Positions 39,617 to 50,155 are shown, counted from the stretch's first letter. The stretch: DNA of 64,000 bases from Bdellovibrionota bacterium (GCA_050950765.1 JBMNIF010000002.1:960001-1024000); one strand, 5' to 3'. Translations and numbers: made by a program. The notes: generated from the sequence alone by a model not told the origin.

Positions 39617-40549
39617 TTAGAGCTTGTTATTTTCCAAAGCCCATTGATAACTGATCTTTAAGCCATCTTTTAATGAAACTTGTGGAGACCAGCCTAGCGC
39701 TTTTATCCTGTCAACATTGAGTAGCTTACGGGGGGTGCCGTCAGGTTTACTTGTATCAAAGGCGATCTGACCCTTAAAGCCGACAACTTCAGCGATCTGT
39801 TGTGCCACCTCTGCAATAGTGCAATCTTCACCTGTGCCGACGTTAATTGTTTGCGGCTCCTCGTATTTTTCCATTAGTGTAAGTAGACCTTCTGCTAAGT
39901 CATCAACAAAGAGGAACTCGCGTCTCGGAGTGCCGCTCCCCCAGATAGTGACCGTATCACTCTTTTTTATCTTTGCATCATGAAACTTTCTGATTAGTCC
40001 TGGTATAACGTGAGAGTGCTCCGGATGATAATTATCACCTGGTCCGTACAAGTTGGTAGGCATGGCGGAGATAAAACGTTTTCCGTATTGAAGTTGCAAC
40101 TTTTCACAAAACTTCAAACCAGAGATCTTAGCTAAGGCATAACCTTCGTTTGTTGGCTCTAGGGGACCTGATAAGAGCGAATCTTCTTTAATCGGTTGTG
40201 GAGCAAGACGGGGATAGATGCAGGAACTTCCTAAGTAAAGCAACTTCTGCACGTTACTATTAGCCGCTGCATGTAAGACGTTTAAGGATATCTGCATATT
40301 CTCATAAAGAAAATCTGCCTGATACCGTTGATTAAAGAGGATACCGCCGACCTTTGCCGCAGCAACAAAGACATAGTCGATCTCCTCTTCCTTAAAAAAA
40401 GCATTAACATCAGCTTGATTGAGTAAGTCCAGTTCAGCGCGTGTGCGGCTAATAATATTACAGAAGCCGTGTTTCTTTAATGCTCTAACGATAGCCGATC
40501 CAACTAGCCCTGTATGTCCTGCAACGTATACCCTTGAAGATACTTCCAT
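39617..40549 (-). CDS. fcl: GDP-L-fucose synthase
   Basis: Motifs AGHTGLVGSA, AAKVGGI, LGSSCIYP, YALAK, PTNLYGPGDN, DGTPRKL. Confidence 0.95.
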   Translation of the reverse strand: MEVSSRVYVAGHTGLVGSAIVRALKKHGFCNIISRTRAELDLLNQADVNAFFKEEEIDYVFVAAAKVGGILFNQRYQADFLYENMQISLNVLHAAANSNVQKLLYLGSSCIYPRLAPQPIKEDSLLSGPLEPTNEGYALAKISGLKFCEKLQLQYGKRFISAMPTNLYGPGDNYHPEHSHVIPGLIRKFHDAKIKKSDTVTIWGSGTPRREFLFVDDLAEGLLTLMEKYEEPQTINVGTGEDCTIAEVAQQIAEVVGFKGQIAFDTSKPDGTPRKLLNVDRIKALGWSPQVSLKDGLKISYQWALENNKL

Positions 40550-40630
40550 GTCGTACACCTTATAAGTCAATTAAACTTTGATATAAGCACCCTAATAAAT
40601 TACCTTTAGAGATGAAAAATATGATAAAGC

Positions 40631-40681
40631 AAAAAAGTAATTACTTAAAGCCTAAATTCCCAAAAAAGTAATTACTTAAAG
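40631..40681. promoter_or_regulatory. Duplicated palindromic 20-mer, candidate operator
   Basis: AAAAAAGTAATTACTTAAAG at 40631 and 40662; each contains the palindrome AAGTAATTACTT; lies between divergent fcl and glgP. Confidence 0.45.
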
Positions 40682-40960
40682 TATAGATGTTGTTTAAGAG
40701 GGTGAACGATCTAGAGCCTCGTTATTTAACACTGTTTTATAAAACTTATTGAGTTAACTTTTGTTATTCGAGTAATTTTTATATCTAGTTAAGGTAAAAT
40801 CGTACAGATAGTAAAAAGTAACAGGTTTATTTTATATTCTGTTTTAAGTATCATGCGGAACATTGTAGTAAGTTGTAGAAGAAGTGCCACGTTAGTTATA
40901 GCGTTGTTTTTTTAGCTGTTTATTTTTTATACCGGCAGAGGTTTTGCGGGCGGAGGAGAA

Positions 40961-43498
40961 ATGGAAGAGAAGGGTGTTGAGATCCGTGTAGAAGATGATC
41001 GTACTGGGATGAGTCCGGAAGCCTTTTCAAGAGCGTTTATAGATAATCTACTCTATATGCGTGGGCAGGATAGAACGACTGCTTCTGCCTATGACTGCTA
41101 CTGCGCTTTAGCCTACACTATGCGCGACCGCTTGATGCACCGTTGGATAAAATCGAGGCAAACTCACTTTAATAACAGATCGAAGTTTGTTTTTTATTTT
41201 TCAGCAGAGTTTTTATTAGGGCGGCATATGCATAACGCCCTTCTGAACGCTGGTTGTTGGAGACAGGCACGACAAACTTTGGCGGAGTTCGATCTCGATA
41301 CGTACGAAATTTTTGAACAAGAACCTGAGCCTGGTCTTGGTAACGGTGGCTTGGGACGTTTAGCAGCCTGTTTTCTTGATTCACTGGCAACTCTTGATAT
41401 TCCTGCTATTGGGCACGGTATCCGTTATGAGTTCGGTATTTTTGAACAACGGATTGAAAACGGCTGGCAGATAGAGCATCCAGATAAGTGGTTGCGCTGG
41501 GGTAATCCGTGGGAAATTTCACGTCCGCAATTAACGGTGGAGGTAAAATTTGGTGGAAGAGTTGAGCCGTATACTGATGAGAACGGTGTTAGACGTGCTT
41601 ACTGGTTCCCTGATCTGACGGTTTTAGGCACACCTTACGACACAATTATTCCTGGATTTAAAACAGAAAACGTAGCAACGCTACGGCTATGGCGTGCGGG
41701 AACGAGTAAAGATTTTGATCTGCAGATCTTTAATGCGGGAGACTACTTTCAAGCTGTGCAGGATAAAACATTTTCTGAAAATATCTCAAAGGTGCTTTAT
41801 CCGAATGACAATACAGTGCAGGGCAGGGAGTTGCGTTTACGGCAGCAGTTCTTCTTTGTTTCGTGTGCTTTGCAAGATATTTTGCGTGTTTATACGGCAT
41901 GGCATATGTCAGATATGTCGAAGTTACACGAGTATGCTGCGATTCAGTTAAATGATACCCATCCAGCGATCGCTATTGCAGAGTTGATGCGTCTTCTGAT
42001 CGATGAGCACGGTGTAGCGTGGGATTTAGCTTGGGATGTTACGCAGAAGTGTTTCGGATATACTAATCATACGCTACTCTCTGAAGCTTTGGAAAAATGG
42101 CCTGTCTCAATGTTTGAACGACTTTTGCCACGTCATTTGCAGATTATTTATGAGATCAATCACCGCTTCCTCAGTTTTGTAAGGATGCGTTTCCCTAATG
42201 ATGAGGAGAGGTTGAGTAGGGTATCGATCATTGAAGAGGGTGAAGAGAAACAGGTTCGAATGGCACACCTTGCAACGATCGGTAGTCATGCTATTAACGG
42301 TGTGGCAGCTTTACATAGTGAGCTTGTTAAACACGAACTCCTAAAAGATTTTTATGAATTGTGGCCGGAACGTTTTAGTAATAAGACCAACGGTGTCACG
42401 CCTAGACGTTGGCTGATGTTGTCAAATCCTAAATTGACTTTCTTAATTACCGAAAAAATAGGTAAGGATTGGTTGAGTGATCTAACAGAGCTGCGTAAGT
42501 TAGAAAAGTTCATTGACGACAAAGCTTTTGTCGATACTTGGAGGATCTTTAAAACAGAAAATAAAAGAGAGTTATCAAGTTATATCGCCGGAATGAACGG
42601 AATCGATGTAAATTGCAATTCTCTCTTTGATATTCAGGTAAAGCGGATTCATGAATATAAGAGACAGCTCTTAAATGTCTTGTATATCATCACCCTTTAT
42701 AACCGCTTAAAGAACAATCCTAAACTTAAAATACAGCCCCGCACCTTTATCTTCGGTGGAAAGGCTGCACCTGGATATCATATGGCAAAGTTGATTATAA
42801 AATTAATCAACTCTGTTGGTTCTGTTGTGAACAATGATCCTGATGTGGCGGGACGCATTAAAGTTGTCTTCCTTGAAAATTACTGTGTGTCATTAGGAGA
42901 GAAAGTTTATCCAGCAGCAGATCTTTCAGAGCAGATCTCTTTAGCTGGTAAAGAGGCTTCAGGCACGGGTAATATGAAGTTTGCACTAAACGGCGCTTTA
43001 ACGATCGGTACTTTAGATGGTGCTAATATTGAAATTCGGGAGCAGGTCGGAGCTGAAAATTTCTTCCTCTTTGGCATGACGGTTGAGCAGGTAAAAGAGC
43101 TTAAGAGTAAAGGGTATGATCCGAAGGGGTATTATTATTCCAACAATGAATTAAGAGGTGTTATCGATAGGATCGCTTCAGGGCACTTTGCACAAGGCGA
43201 CAGAGGGCTCTTCCAACCGATCGTTGAATCTCTTCTGCAACGTGATGAGTATATGTTGTTTGCAGATTATAAAGCTTATGTCGATTGCCAAGAATGTGTC
43301 AGTGAGACCTATGCCGATCGGGATAAATGGACGAAGATGTCGATTCTGAATGTTGCTAGAATGGGGTATTTCTCTTCAGATAGAACTATTCGTGAGTATT
43401 GTGAAGATATCTGGAAAGTTAGTCCCGTCAGGATCCCTTCAGATGAGGAGATGCAGGCGCTAAAGGCAAAAGAAAAAGAGGAAAAGGAGAAGAGATAA
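40961..43498 (+). CDS. glgP: Glycogen/alpha-glucan phosphorylase
   Basis: Motifs GLGNGGLGRLAACF, NDTHP, KRIHEYKRQ, EASGTGNMK (PLP lysine). Confidence 0.97.
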   Translation: MEEKGVEIRVEDDRTGMSPEAFSRAFIDNLLYMRGQDRTTASAYDCYCALAYTMRDRLMHRWIKSRQTHFNNRSKFVFYFSAEFLLGRHMHNALLNAGCWRQARQTLAEFDLDTYEIFEQEPEPGLGNGGLGRLAACFLDSLATLDIPAIGHGIRYEFGIFEQRIENGWQIEHPDKWLRWGNPWEISRPQLTVEVKFGGRVEPYTDENGVRRAYWFPDLTVLGTPYDTIIPGFKTENVATLRLWRAGTSKDFDLQIFNAGDYFQAVQDKTFSENISKVLYPNDNTVQGRELRLRQQFFFVSCALQDILRVYTAWHMSDMSKLHEYAAIQLNDTHPAIAIAELMRLLIDEHGVAWDLAWDVTQKCFGYTNHTLLSEALEKWPVSMFERLLPRHLQIIYEINHRFLSFVRMRFPNDEERLSRVSIIEEGEEKQVRMAHLATIGSHAINGVAALHSELVKHELLKDFYELWPERFSNKTNGVTPRRWLMLSNPKLTFLITEKIGKDWLSDLTELRKLEKFIDDKAFVDTWRIFKTENKRELSSYIAGMNGIDVNCNSLFDIQVKRIHEYKRQLLNVLYIITLYNRLKNNPKLKIQPRTFIFGGKAAPGYHMAKLIIKLINSVGSVVNNDPDVAGRIKVVFLENYCVSLGEKVYPAADLSEQISLAGKEASGTGNMKFALNGALTIGTLDGANIEIREQVGAENFFLFGMTVEQVKELKSKGYDPKGYYYSNNELRGVIDRIASGHFAQGDRGLFQPIVESLLQRDEYMLFADYKAYVDCQECVSETYADRDKWTKMSILNVARMGYFSSDRTIREYCEDIWKVSPVRIPSDEEMQALKAKEKEEKEKR

Positions 43499-43525
43499 GA
43501 TAACTCCGCTGGGAGTACTTTTAGA

Positions 43526-43582
43526 GGCAGGACGTGGAGAAAGATTATAAATTAAAGATCCACGTCCTGCTTTCTGTTTTTT
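43526..43582 (+). terminator. Probable intrinsic terminator after glgP
   Basis: GCAGGACGTGGA ... TCCACGTCCTGC with a long loop, followed by TTTCTGTTTTTT. Confidence 0.65.
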
Positions 43583-43625
43583 TATAAGTTAAGCGGATAG
43601 AAGCAGGGTGTTTTTTAAGAGTGCT

Positions 43626-43653
43626 TTGCAATAAATATCAGATCTCTTATACT
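43626..43653 (+). promoter_or_regulatory. Sigma70-type promoter of tRNA-Arg/dus
   Basis: TTGCAA-16 bp-TATACT, 12 bp before the tRNA. Confidence 0.6.
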
Positions 43654-43665
43654 CCGTGACGATAC

Positions 43666-43742
43666 GTGCTCGTAGCTCAGCTGGATAGAGTGTCAGCCTC
43701 CGAAGCTGGAAGTCGCAAGTTCGAATCTTGTCGAGCACGCCA
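43666..43742 (+). tRNA. tRNA-Arg(CCG)
   Basis: GTGCTCGTAGCTCAGCTGGATAGAGTGTCAGCCTCCGAAGCTGGAAGTCGCAAGTTCGAATCTTGTCGAGCACGCCA; anticodon CCG. Confidence 0.95.
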
Positions 43743-43764
43743 TTTTTTATGCCGTCCTGTATCG

Positions 43765-44715
43765 ATGATTTTTTTAGATAGCCTCCCCAAACCTTTTACC
43801 GCCTTGGCACCTATGGAAGGTGTTACAAACTCTCCTTTTAGGCAGGTCTTGTTAGATTGTGGTCGCCCTGATCTCTTTTTTACGGAGTTCGTTAGTGTAG
43901 ATGGACTATTTTCGGCGGGGCAGGCTGCGGTAGCGCACCGTTTAAAATATACGCCGCAAGAGAAGCCACTTATCGCGCAAGTTTGGGGGAAAGACCCCGA
44001 GAAATTTTTTAAAGCAGCTAAGTACATGGCTGAAGCAGGATTCGACGGTGTTGATATCAATATGGGGTGCCCCGTAAATAAGGTTATTAAAAACGGGTGT
44101 TGCTCCGCATTAATTGAAGATCCTCCTTTGGCGAAGGAGATCTTTTGTGCAACACGGGAAGGTGCCACACAACTCTCTGTTAGTATTAAAACAAGGATCG
44201 GCTTAAGAAAAAGAATTACAGAGGAGTGGGGGGCTTTTTTATTACAATTAAAGCCAGATCTACTGACGATACACGGGCGTACCGCTAAAGATATGTATAA
44301 AGTGCCTGCGGATTGGGATGAGATAGGTAAGGTTGTGCAACTCCGTAATGATATGCACTCTAAAACTTTAATTATCGGAAACGGTGATATTGTTGATTAC
44401 GGTGATATCTTAAAAAAAGTTGAGCTTTACGGTGTTGATGGGGTTATGGTAGGGCGTGGCATCTTGCGCAATCTATTTATCTTTAATGCAGAAGGGGGAG
44501 ATCGTTCTGCGCAAGAGAGGGTTAAGTTGTTAAAGAGGCATCTGCATTTCTTTCAAGAAACGTGGGGAGATAGTGCACGTTTTTCGACGTTAAAAAAATA
44601 TTTCAAAGTATATATCTCTGCTATTCCGGCGGCACCACGTTTAAGAAACGAGTTGATGCAAACAGAGACGATAGCAGAAGTTTTAACAATTTTAGAGAAG
44701 TGGCAATTCGATTAA
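43765..44715 (+). CDS. tRNA-dihydrouridine synthase
   Basis: Motifs LAPMEGVT, TEF, DINMGCP, HGRT, GNGDI, GVMVGRG. The ORF-track start at 43666 falls inside the tRNA. Confidence 0.92.
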   Translation: MIFLDSLPKPFTALAPMEGVTNSPFRQVLLDCGRPDLFFTEFVSVDGLFSAGQAAVAHRLKYTPQEKPLIAQVWGKDPEKFFKAAKYMAEAGFDGVDINMGCPVNKVIKNGCCSALIEDPPLAKEIFCATREGATQLSVSIKTRIGLRKRITEEWGAFLLQLKPDLLTIHGRTAKDMYKVPADWDEIGKVVQLRNDMHSKTLIIGNGDIVDYGDILKKVELYGVDGVMVGRGILRNLFIFNAEGGDRSAQERVKLLKRHLHFFQETWGDSARFSTLKKYFKVYISAIPAAPRLRNELMQTETIAEVLTILEKWQFD

Positions 44716-44856
44716 AATCGATATTTCAGCCCATTTTTAAAGTAGTATCGTTTTTATTAAAAGAAGGGTTTCATTTAGATAAATTTATTATAAAATTGCG
44801 CATTATTGACGGTGATTGTTAGGGTGTGTAGCGGAGCTTTATCTAAGGAGAGTTTT

Positions 44857-45990
44857 GTGAGCGATAAACAGTATGATCTAATAGTAATAGGTGGTGGCAT
44901 ATCAGGGCTAGGAGTTGCTTGGAAGGCGGCAGCTAAAGGACTTAAGGTGGTGCTCCTTGAAAAGGGTGAGCTCTGTCGTGCCACTTCTGATAATAGTCTT
45001 AGAATTATTCATGGTGGCTTGCGCTATCTACAACAGATGAATATCAAACGTGTTTTAGAGTCTGCTAAGGAGCAGTCCGATCTCTTAAGGATCGCTCCTG
45101 ACCTGATAAAGCCGCTCTGGTGCGTGATGCCGCTCTCAAAGTTCGGATTAAAAAGTAAGGTGCCGATGTGGTGTGCGCTGCAACTTTACAGAGTGTTGCG
45201 TTTATTGGCAGGAGCCGGTTATGGCAAGTGTGGAAAGATCGTCTCCGCAGCGTGGGTTGATGAAAAGCTCCCTCTGATTAAAGGAGAAGCTCCGCACGGG
45301 GCTTTTGTGTGGCGTGATGCTATTATGCCGAGTGATAGAAAGTTTGCGAAGTTTGTAGAATCAGAGGTGCGTAAGTGTGGTGCCGAGATCTTTGAAAAAA
45401 CGGAAGTTACTGCGATTAAAAAAATAGGTGATGGATATGAAGTAGTAACAACTCCTGAAGGAGGGGTCTTACGTGGAAAGTGTGTAGTAAATGCCACAGG
45501 GGCGTGGTTACAACGTTTCCCGCAGGATTCTCTTTTTAAACCACTTAAATGGTGTAAGGCTTTTAATATCGTTATCGCTAAAAAAGTTATTGAAGAGTAC
45601 GCCCTCGGGGTATCAGGAGAGTTGGGGCGTGTTTTCTTCTTAGCTCCACGCGAAGATAATGAATTTGATAAAGCAGGGACTGCCGTAGGTACGTTTTATT
45701 ATATGTGTGACGGAGATCCGGCTGAAGTTGCAGTTAGCGCTGAAGAGTTGGAGGAGTCGTTACGACGCATCAATAAAACCTTCCCGAATTTAAAGGTAAC
45801 TAAAGAAGATATTATAAAGATAGAATTAGGAATTCTCCCTGTCTATGGTGAAGATGAAAAGGGTCCAAAGTTATACGGATCTGAAAAGTTACGTGTGCAG
45901 GATGGATATATTGAAGTTTTAAGTACAAAGTATACGACTTTTAGAAGTCAAGCACGGCATGTCATGAAAGGAGTGACGAGGTTCTTATAG
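44857..45990 (+). CDS. FAD-dependent oxidoreductase, glycerol-3-phosphate dehydrogenase-like
   Basis: Motifs VIGGGISG, ATSDNSLRIIHGGLRYL, VVNATGAW, KYTTFR. Confidence 0.8.
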   Translation: MSDKQYDLIVIGGGISGLGVAWKAAAKGLKVVLLEKGELCRATSDNSLRIIHGGLRYLQQMNIKRVLESAKEQSDLLRIAPDLIKPLWCVMPLSKFGLKSKVPMWCALQLYRVLRLLAGAGYGKCGKIVSAAWVDEKLPLIKGEAPHGAFVWRDAIMPSDRKFAKFVESEVRKCGAEIFEKTEVTAIKKIGDGYEVVTTPEGGVLRGKCVVNATGAWLQRFPQDSLFKPLKWCKAFNIVIAKKVIEEYALGVSGELGRVFFLAPREDNEFDKAGTAVGTFYYMCDGDPAEVAVSAEELEESLRRINKTFPNLKVTKEDIIKIELGILPVYGEDEKGPKLYGSEKLRVQDGYIEVLSTKYTTFRSQARHVMKGVTRFL

Positions 45991-46025
45991 TGCACCACAC
46001 TTTGTAGGAATAGTGAGAAGTTAAA

Positions 46026-47198
46026 ATGAGTGAAGAAAACACCGAGTACCGATCGCTACGACCATCCGAGATGAAGATAGATCTGGATGCCGTAGTTACT
46101 AATTATCACTTGATAGAAAAGCAGGTTGCTCCTGCTGCCGTGATGCCGATCTTAAAAGCTAACGCTTACGGTCACGGTCTGGTGCCGTGTGCGCAAGCAC
46201 TTGAAGCGGCTGGAGCAAAACGTTTCTGCCTAGCATATTTAGAAGAAGCGGTTCTCTTAAGACGTGCAGGAATTAAAATTCCGCTTTTAGTGTTGGGCGG
46301 TGTAGCAGAGGAACAGATTGAAGCGTTTATAAAATACGATGTTGAGGTGACAGCTTCCAGTATTTTTAAATTAAATAAGATTGAGGAGCGCGCCGCAGCA
46401 CTAGGGAAAAAAGCACACGTTCACCTTAAGATCGATACGGGGATGGAGCGTTTAGGTGTGCACTATTATTCAGCACAACCTTTTTTGGAAGAGACTTTAA
46501 AGTGTAAATATTGTGATGTGGTAGGCATCTTTTCTCACTTTGCTACCGTTGAAGAGGAGGATATCTCTTTTGCTAAGTTGCAACTTGAAAGGTTTTTAGA
46601 GTGTCTCGATTTTTTTAAGCAACACAACTTACCGACACCGCTACGCCACATCGCTAATTCTGCTGCAATTTTACGAATGCCTGAAAGTTATCTTGATGGC
46701 GTGCGCCCTGGATTGATCCTGTACGGAGTTCCGCCTGCGCCGCATATTAAAATAATGGCAGGATCTAAGCGCTCTATGACGTTACGTTCTGCTGTCTCTT
46801 ACTTTAAAGTTGTTCAGGCGGGGCGTGGTATCAGTTATGATTTAACGTATGTAACTCCACATCAAACGCGAGTAGTAACGGTGCCGATCGGGTATGGTGA
46901 CGGTTATCCGAGAAGTTTATCCAATAAAGGGAGTGTTCTGATACGGGGACGACGGTATCCGATTGTTGGTAAGATCTGCATGGATCAGATGATGGTTGAT
47001 ATCGGTAGTGACGGAGAGGCTTATAATGGAGATGAAGTTATCCTGATCGGAGAACAGGGCGATGAGTGTATCACTTTAGAAGAGGTGGCGAGCTTGGCGG
47101 GAACTGATCCTAGGGACATCTTATGTGCAACTAATCAACGTGTTCCGAGATACTACTCTTACAAGGGAGAAAATTTTATTGATGGTGTTTTGCCGTAG
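46026..47198 (+). CDS. alr: Alanine racemase
   Basis: Motifs LKANAYGHG, KIDTGMERLG, SHFA, GYGDGY, ICMDQ. Confidence 0.95.
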   Translation: MSEENTEYRSLRPSEMKIDLDAVVTNYHLIEKQVAPAAVMPILKANAYGHGLVPCAQALEAAGAKRFCLAYLEEAVLLRRAGIKIPLLVLGGVAEEQIEAFIKYDVEVTASSIFKLNKIEERAAALGKKAHVHLKIDTGMERLGVHYYSAQPFLEETLKCKYCDVVGIFSHFATVEEEDISFAKLQLERFLECLDFFKQHNLPTPLRHIANSAAILRMPESYLDGVRPGLILYGVPPAPHIKIMAGSKRSMTLRSAVSYFKVVQAGRGISYDLTYVTPHQTRVVTVPIGYGDGYPRSLSNKGSVLIRGRRYPIVGKICMDQMMVDIGSDGEAYNGDEVILIGEQGDECITLEEVASLAGTDPRDILCATNQRVPRYYSYKGENFIDGVLP

Positions 47199-47262
47199 TT
47201 TGGTGAGGGATGGTAAAAAATATGGTGACACCTCCTTAAGTTTCCCCATATAGTTTCTTATT

Positions 47263-48213
47263 ATGGATGAATCAAGACTTTCAGAGTTTGCTTTATTGGC
47301 TAAGATCTTACATAGACAGGAGTCTCCCGATCTTATTTTGCCGAATGGAGATGATGCCGCTGTAATAAAGATCGGCAGATCTCTTGTAGCTATTACAACT
47401 GATGCCGTTGTTGAAAATAAACACTTTTCATTCTCTTATTTTTCAGGGAGACAGGTCGGAATTAAAAGTGTTGAGAGTGCAGTTTCTGATCTTATTGCTG
47501 TGGGTGCTGTGCCGAAAGGGATCGTTATAGCGTTGAGTATTAGTGAACTGACTGAAACTGTGCTTATAGAGGAGGTTTATAAAGGTATCTATGCAGCTTC
47601 TGAGCGTTTAGGATGTCAAGTTTTAGGAGGGGATCTAACAGTTAACTCCGGAGGGCTGGAAGTTGCAGTGACGGCTTTAGGGCATATTGAGAAGAAGCGA
47701 GATATTATAACGAGGTCTGGTGCTAAGGCTGGTGATTTAGTGTGTGTAACGGGTGCGCTTGGCGGTTCTATGGCGGGATTTAGAGCAATTAGGGCAGGGT
47801 TAGCAGGCTTTAAGGCGACTAGATTAAAACATTTACAACCGCTGTGTCGTTTCGATCTGTGTGGTAAGTTAAAAGGGGTGCACGCTGCCATAGATATTAG
47901 TGACGGACTCTCTTCAGAGATAAATCATATCTGTCAAGCGAGTCATTGTGGAGCGATGATTACATCTTCTGATATCCCTATTACGCCGGAGGTGCGTCAG
48001 ATCGCTGCAACTTTAAATGAAAACCCTTTAGATTATGCTTTAAATGGCGGAGAGGATTATGAACTACTTTTAGCAGTAGCTCCGAAACGGTATAATGATC
48101 TTATGGGAAGTGTGATCGGTGTCTTTACGGAGTCGCCTGAGATATTGATAGAGATTGATAATCAACAACGGACACTACAACCACGTGGGTACGATCACTT
48201 GGTAAAAGGGTAG
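47263..48213 (+). CDS. thiL: Thiamine-monophosphate kinase
   Basis: Motifs GDDAA, SDLIAVG, GGD, DISDGL, GGEDYEL, GYDH. Confidence 0.93.
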   Translation: MDESRLSEFALLAKILHRQESPDLILPNGDDAAVIKIGRSLVAITTDAVVENKHFSFSYFSGRQVGIKSVESAVSDLIAVGAVPKGIVIALSISELTETVLIEEVYKGIYAASERLGCQVLGGDLTVNSGGLEVAVTALGHIEKKRDIITRSGAKAGDLVCVTGALGGSMAGFRAIRAGLAGFKATRLKHLQPLCRFDLCGKLKGVHAAIDISDGLSSEINHICQASHCGAMITSSDIPITPEVRQIAATLNENPLDYALNGGEDYELLLAVAPKRYNDLMGSVIGVFTESPEILIEIDNQQRTLQPRGYDHLVKG

Positions 48214-48350
48214 TAAAAAAGTTTGTTTATTAAGTGAGGTGTTTTTTTTATTTGTAAAATATGTTTGCGAGTACGATCACTTGGTAAAAAGTTAGTAAAA
48301 AGTTTTGTTTGTTAATGGAAGTGTTTTTTTATTTGTAAGATATAAATGCT
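48189..48350. repeat. Tandem duplication, 82 bp x2, including the thiL 3' end
   Basis: GTACGATCACTTGGTAAAA at 48189 and 48271; GTGTTTTTTT(T)ATTTGTAA in both units. Confidence 0.88.
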
Positions 48351-48411
48351 AAGCACTTTAAGTGCTGTTTAAAAAGTTGATAAAGGTGTTTTTATTTATA
48401 ATTTAATAGAT

Positions 48412-49200
48412 ATGAATATACTAGAAGAAGATACTGTCCTTGTTAACGAAGGTGTTGTGGCGCAGGTTATGATTAACCGTCCGCAAGCTTTGAATGCTAT
48501 CACCGTTGATATCTTTCAAGGTCTGATTATGGCCTTTGAAAAGATTGAACGGTTCCCTGATCTAAGGGTTGTTACTTTATGGGGAGCAGGAGATAAGGCC
48601 TTTGCAGCAGGTGTGGAAGTTAACGGTTATATGGATCTTGGGAAAAGAGCTTTGGCGGAGTATGTGGAGTTGGGCAATCGGGCTCTGCGTACGGTGGAGA
48701 GGTGTAAGGTTCCTGTTATCGCTGCTGTAAATGGGTATTGTTTCGGTGCAGGCTTGGAGGTGGCTTTAGCAGCGGATGTTATTGTTGCTGGACACAGTGC
48801 GCAGTTCGGCTTTCCAGAAGTTAGTTTAGGAGCCGTTCCGCCTTTTGGTGGAATCGCTAGGTTAGTGCAACGGGTCGGTGTGGGAGTAGCGAAGAAGTTA
48901 CTTTTTTCTGGGGAGATGATCGATGCGCAGGAGGCGCTCCTTGCGCACTTAGTAGATGAAGTGGCAGAGCCTGAGAAGTTGACTGATACGGTTAATCACT
49001 TGGCGGAAACGATTACTACACGAGCGCCACTTGCTGTGGAAGCTATTAAAAAAATCATAAGAGAAGTTTCAGATAATAACGTATTTCCCGCTATTAGAAG
49101 GTCAATTGAGGTTTATCTTGATCTTGCTAAAAGTTCAGATTGGGGGGAAGGTGCTGATGCTTTTATGCAGCAGAGAGCGCCAAAATTTACAGGTAGATAA
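48412..49200 (+). CDS. Enoyl-CoA hydratase/crotonase family protein
   Basis: Motifs INRPQALNA, IAAVNGYCFGAGLE, FPEVSLG, P.FTGR. Confidence 0.9.
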   Translation: MNILEEDTVLVNEGVVAQVMINRPQALNAITVDIFQGLIMAFEKIERFPDLRVVTLWGAGDKAFAAGVEVNGYMDLGKRALAEYVELGNRALRTVERCKVPVIAAVNGYCFGAGLEVALAADVIVAGHSAQFGFPEVSLGAVPPFGGIARLVQRVGVGVAKKLLFSGEMIDAQEALLAHLVDEVAEPEKLTDTVNHLAETITTRAPLAVEAIKKIIREVSDNNVFPAIRRSIEVYLDLAKSSDWGEGADAFMQQRAPKFTGR

Positions 49201-49351
49201 CCTCTATTTCTGAGTCTAAAGAACGGTGCCTATAAAGTGGAGGAGGGTGAGTTTATACATCACTTCTCTTGGAGTTATGAGAAGGGCTCTCTTGCAGTAT
49301 TTAAAATATGATGAGTGGTCGTCTTCTTTCTGACGTGATATATAAGAGGGT

Positions 49352-49645
49352 ATGGCTAAGGAGATCGGATATATGAAATATTTTCTCATCTATTTTTTCG
49401 CTTTCGGGGTGGTGGCTCTAGGGGCAAATGAGCTTTTAAAAGAGATAGATCCTGTTGGGAAAAATAAGGTCACAAAAGATGAAATTATCCCGATTATGCA
49501 CGGCAGGCTTTCTCTTGATCAAGGGCGTTTCCCTGAGGAGGAGTTGAAGAAGTTGCAGGAGTTTCGTGCGAAAAACGGCAATGATAAGCGGGTGGCTTCT
49601 TGGTTCGGAGTGGATACTAAGGAAGATTACAAGGAGATAAAATGA
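49352..49645 (+). CDS. Hypothetical membrane-anchored protein
   Basis: N-terminal hydrophobic segment; overlaps the next start (ATGA). Confidence 0.55.
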   Translation: MAKEIGYMKYFLIYFFAFGVVALGANELLKEIDPVGKNKVTKDEIIPIMHGRLSLDQGRFPEEELKKLQEFRAKNGNDKRVASWFGVDTKEDYKEIK

Positions 49646-50139
49646 GGGTGGTTGCTAGATCTTTACTGGCGCTGTTGTTGATGTTTGGTGTGTCTGGTTG
49701 TGTTCTGGTGCCGTTTATCAGTGGCTTTAGAGAGTTGGGAGCAACGGCGGATTCCAGGCAGGAATTGTTAAACAAAACCATTAAAAATTTTCAAGTTGCT
49801 ATTAAAAGTTCGAATATCACAGCAGCACTCTCTTTTATAGATAAAGATAATAAAGAATTGCGTGAAGCCATTAGAGATGAGATGCGTCGGACAAAAGATA
49901 AAGAAAAGATAGTCGATAGTAGGTTAGATTTCGTTGAGTATGACGATGATTCTTATCACGCCGATGTTGAGATAAGAACGAAATTTTTCAAGGTTCCGTA
50001 TTATGTTGTGATGGAGAGGCTTGAAAAAGAGAAGTGGGAGTTCTTTGTAAGAAAGGGGTGGCAACTTACTTCCAGAACAAGTGAGTTAATGAAAGATGGT
50101 GAAGTTATCTCAGACCTTCAAAAAAATAGTGTAAAATAA
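49642..50139 (+). CDS. Hypothetical lipoprotein
   Basis: Lipobox VSGC; RBS GGAG. Confidence 0.65.
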   Translation: MRVVARSLLALLLMFGVSGCVLVPFISGFRELGATADSRQELLNKTIKNFQVAIKSSNITAALSFIDKDNKELREAIRDEMRRTKDKEKIVDSRLDFVEYDDDSYHADVEIRTKFFKVPYYVVMERLEKEKWEFFVRKGWQLTSRTSELMKDGEVISDLQKNSVK

Positions 50140-50155
50140 TTTTAAAATCGTTTTT

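Noticed and set aside
43666..43764. N-terminal extension of Dus in the ORF track
   Set aside because: It is a translation of the tRNA-Arg(CCG) gene; the likely start is the ATG at 43765.
47224..47232. GGTGACACC as a solo copy of the array core
   Set aside because: Only a 9 bp palindrome variant with no linker module; could be chance.
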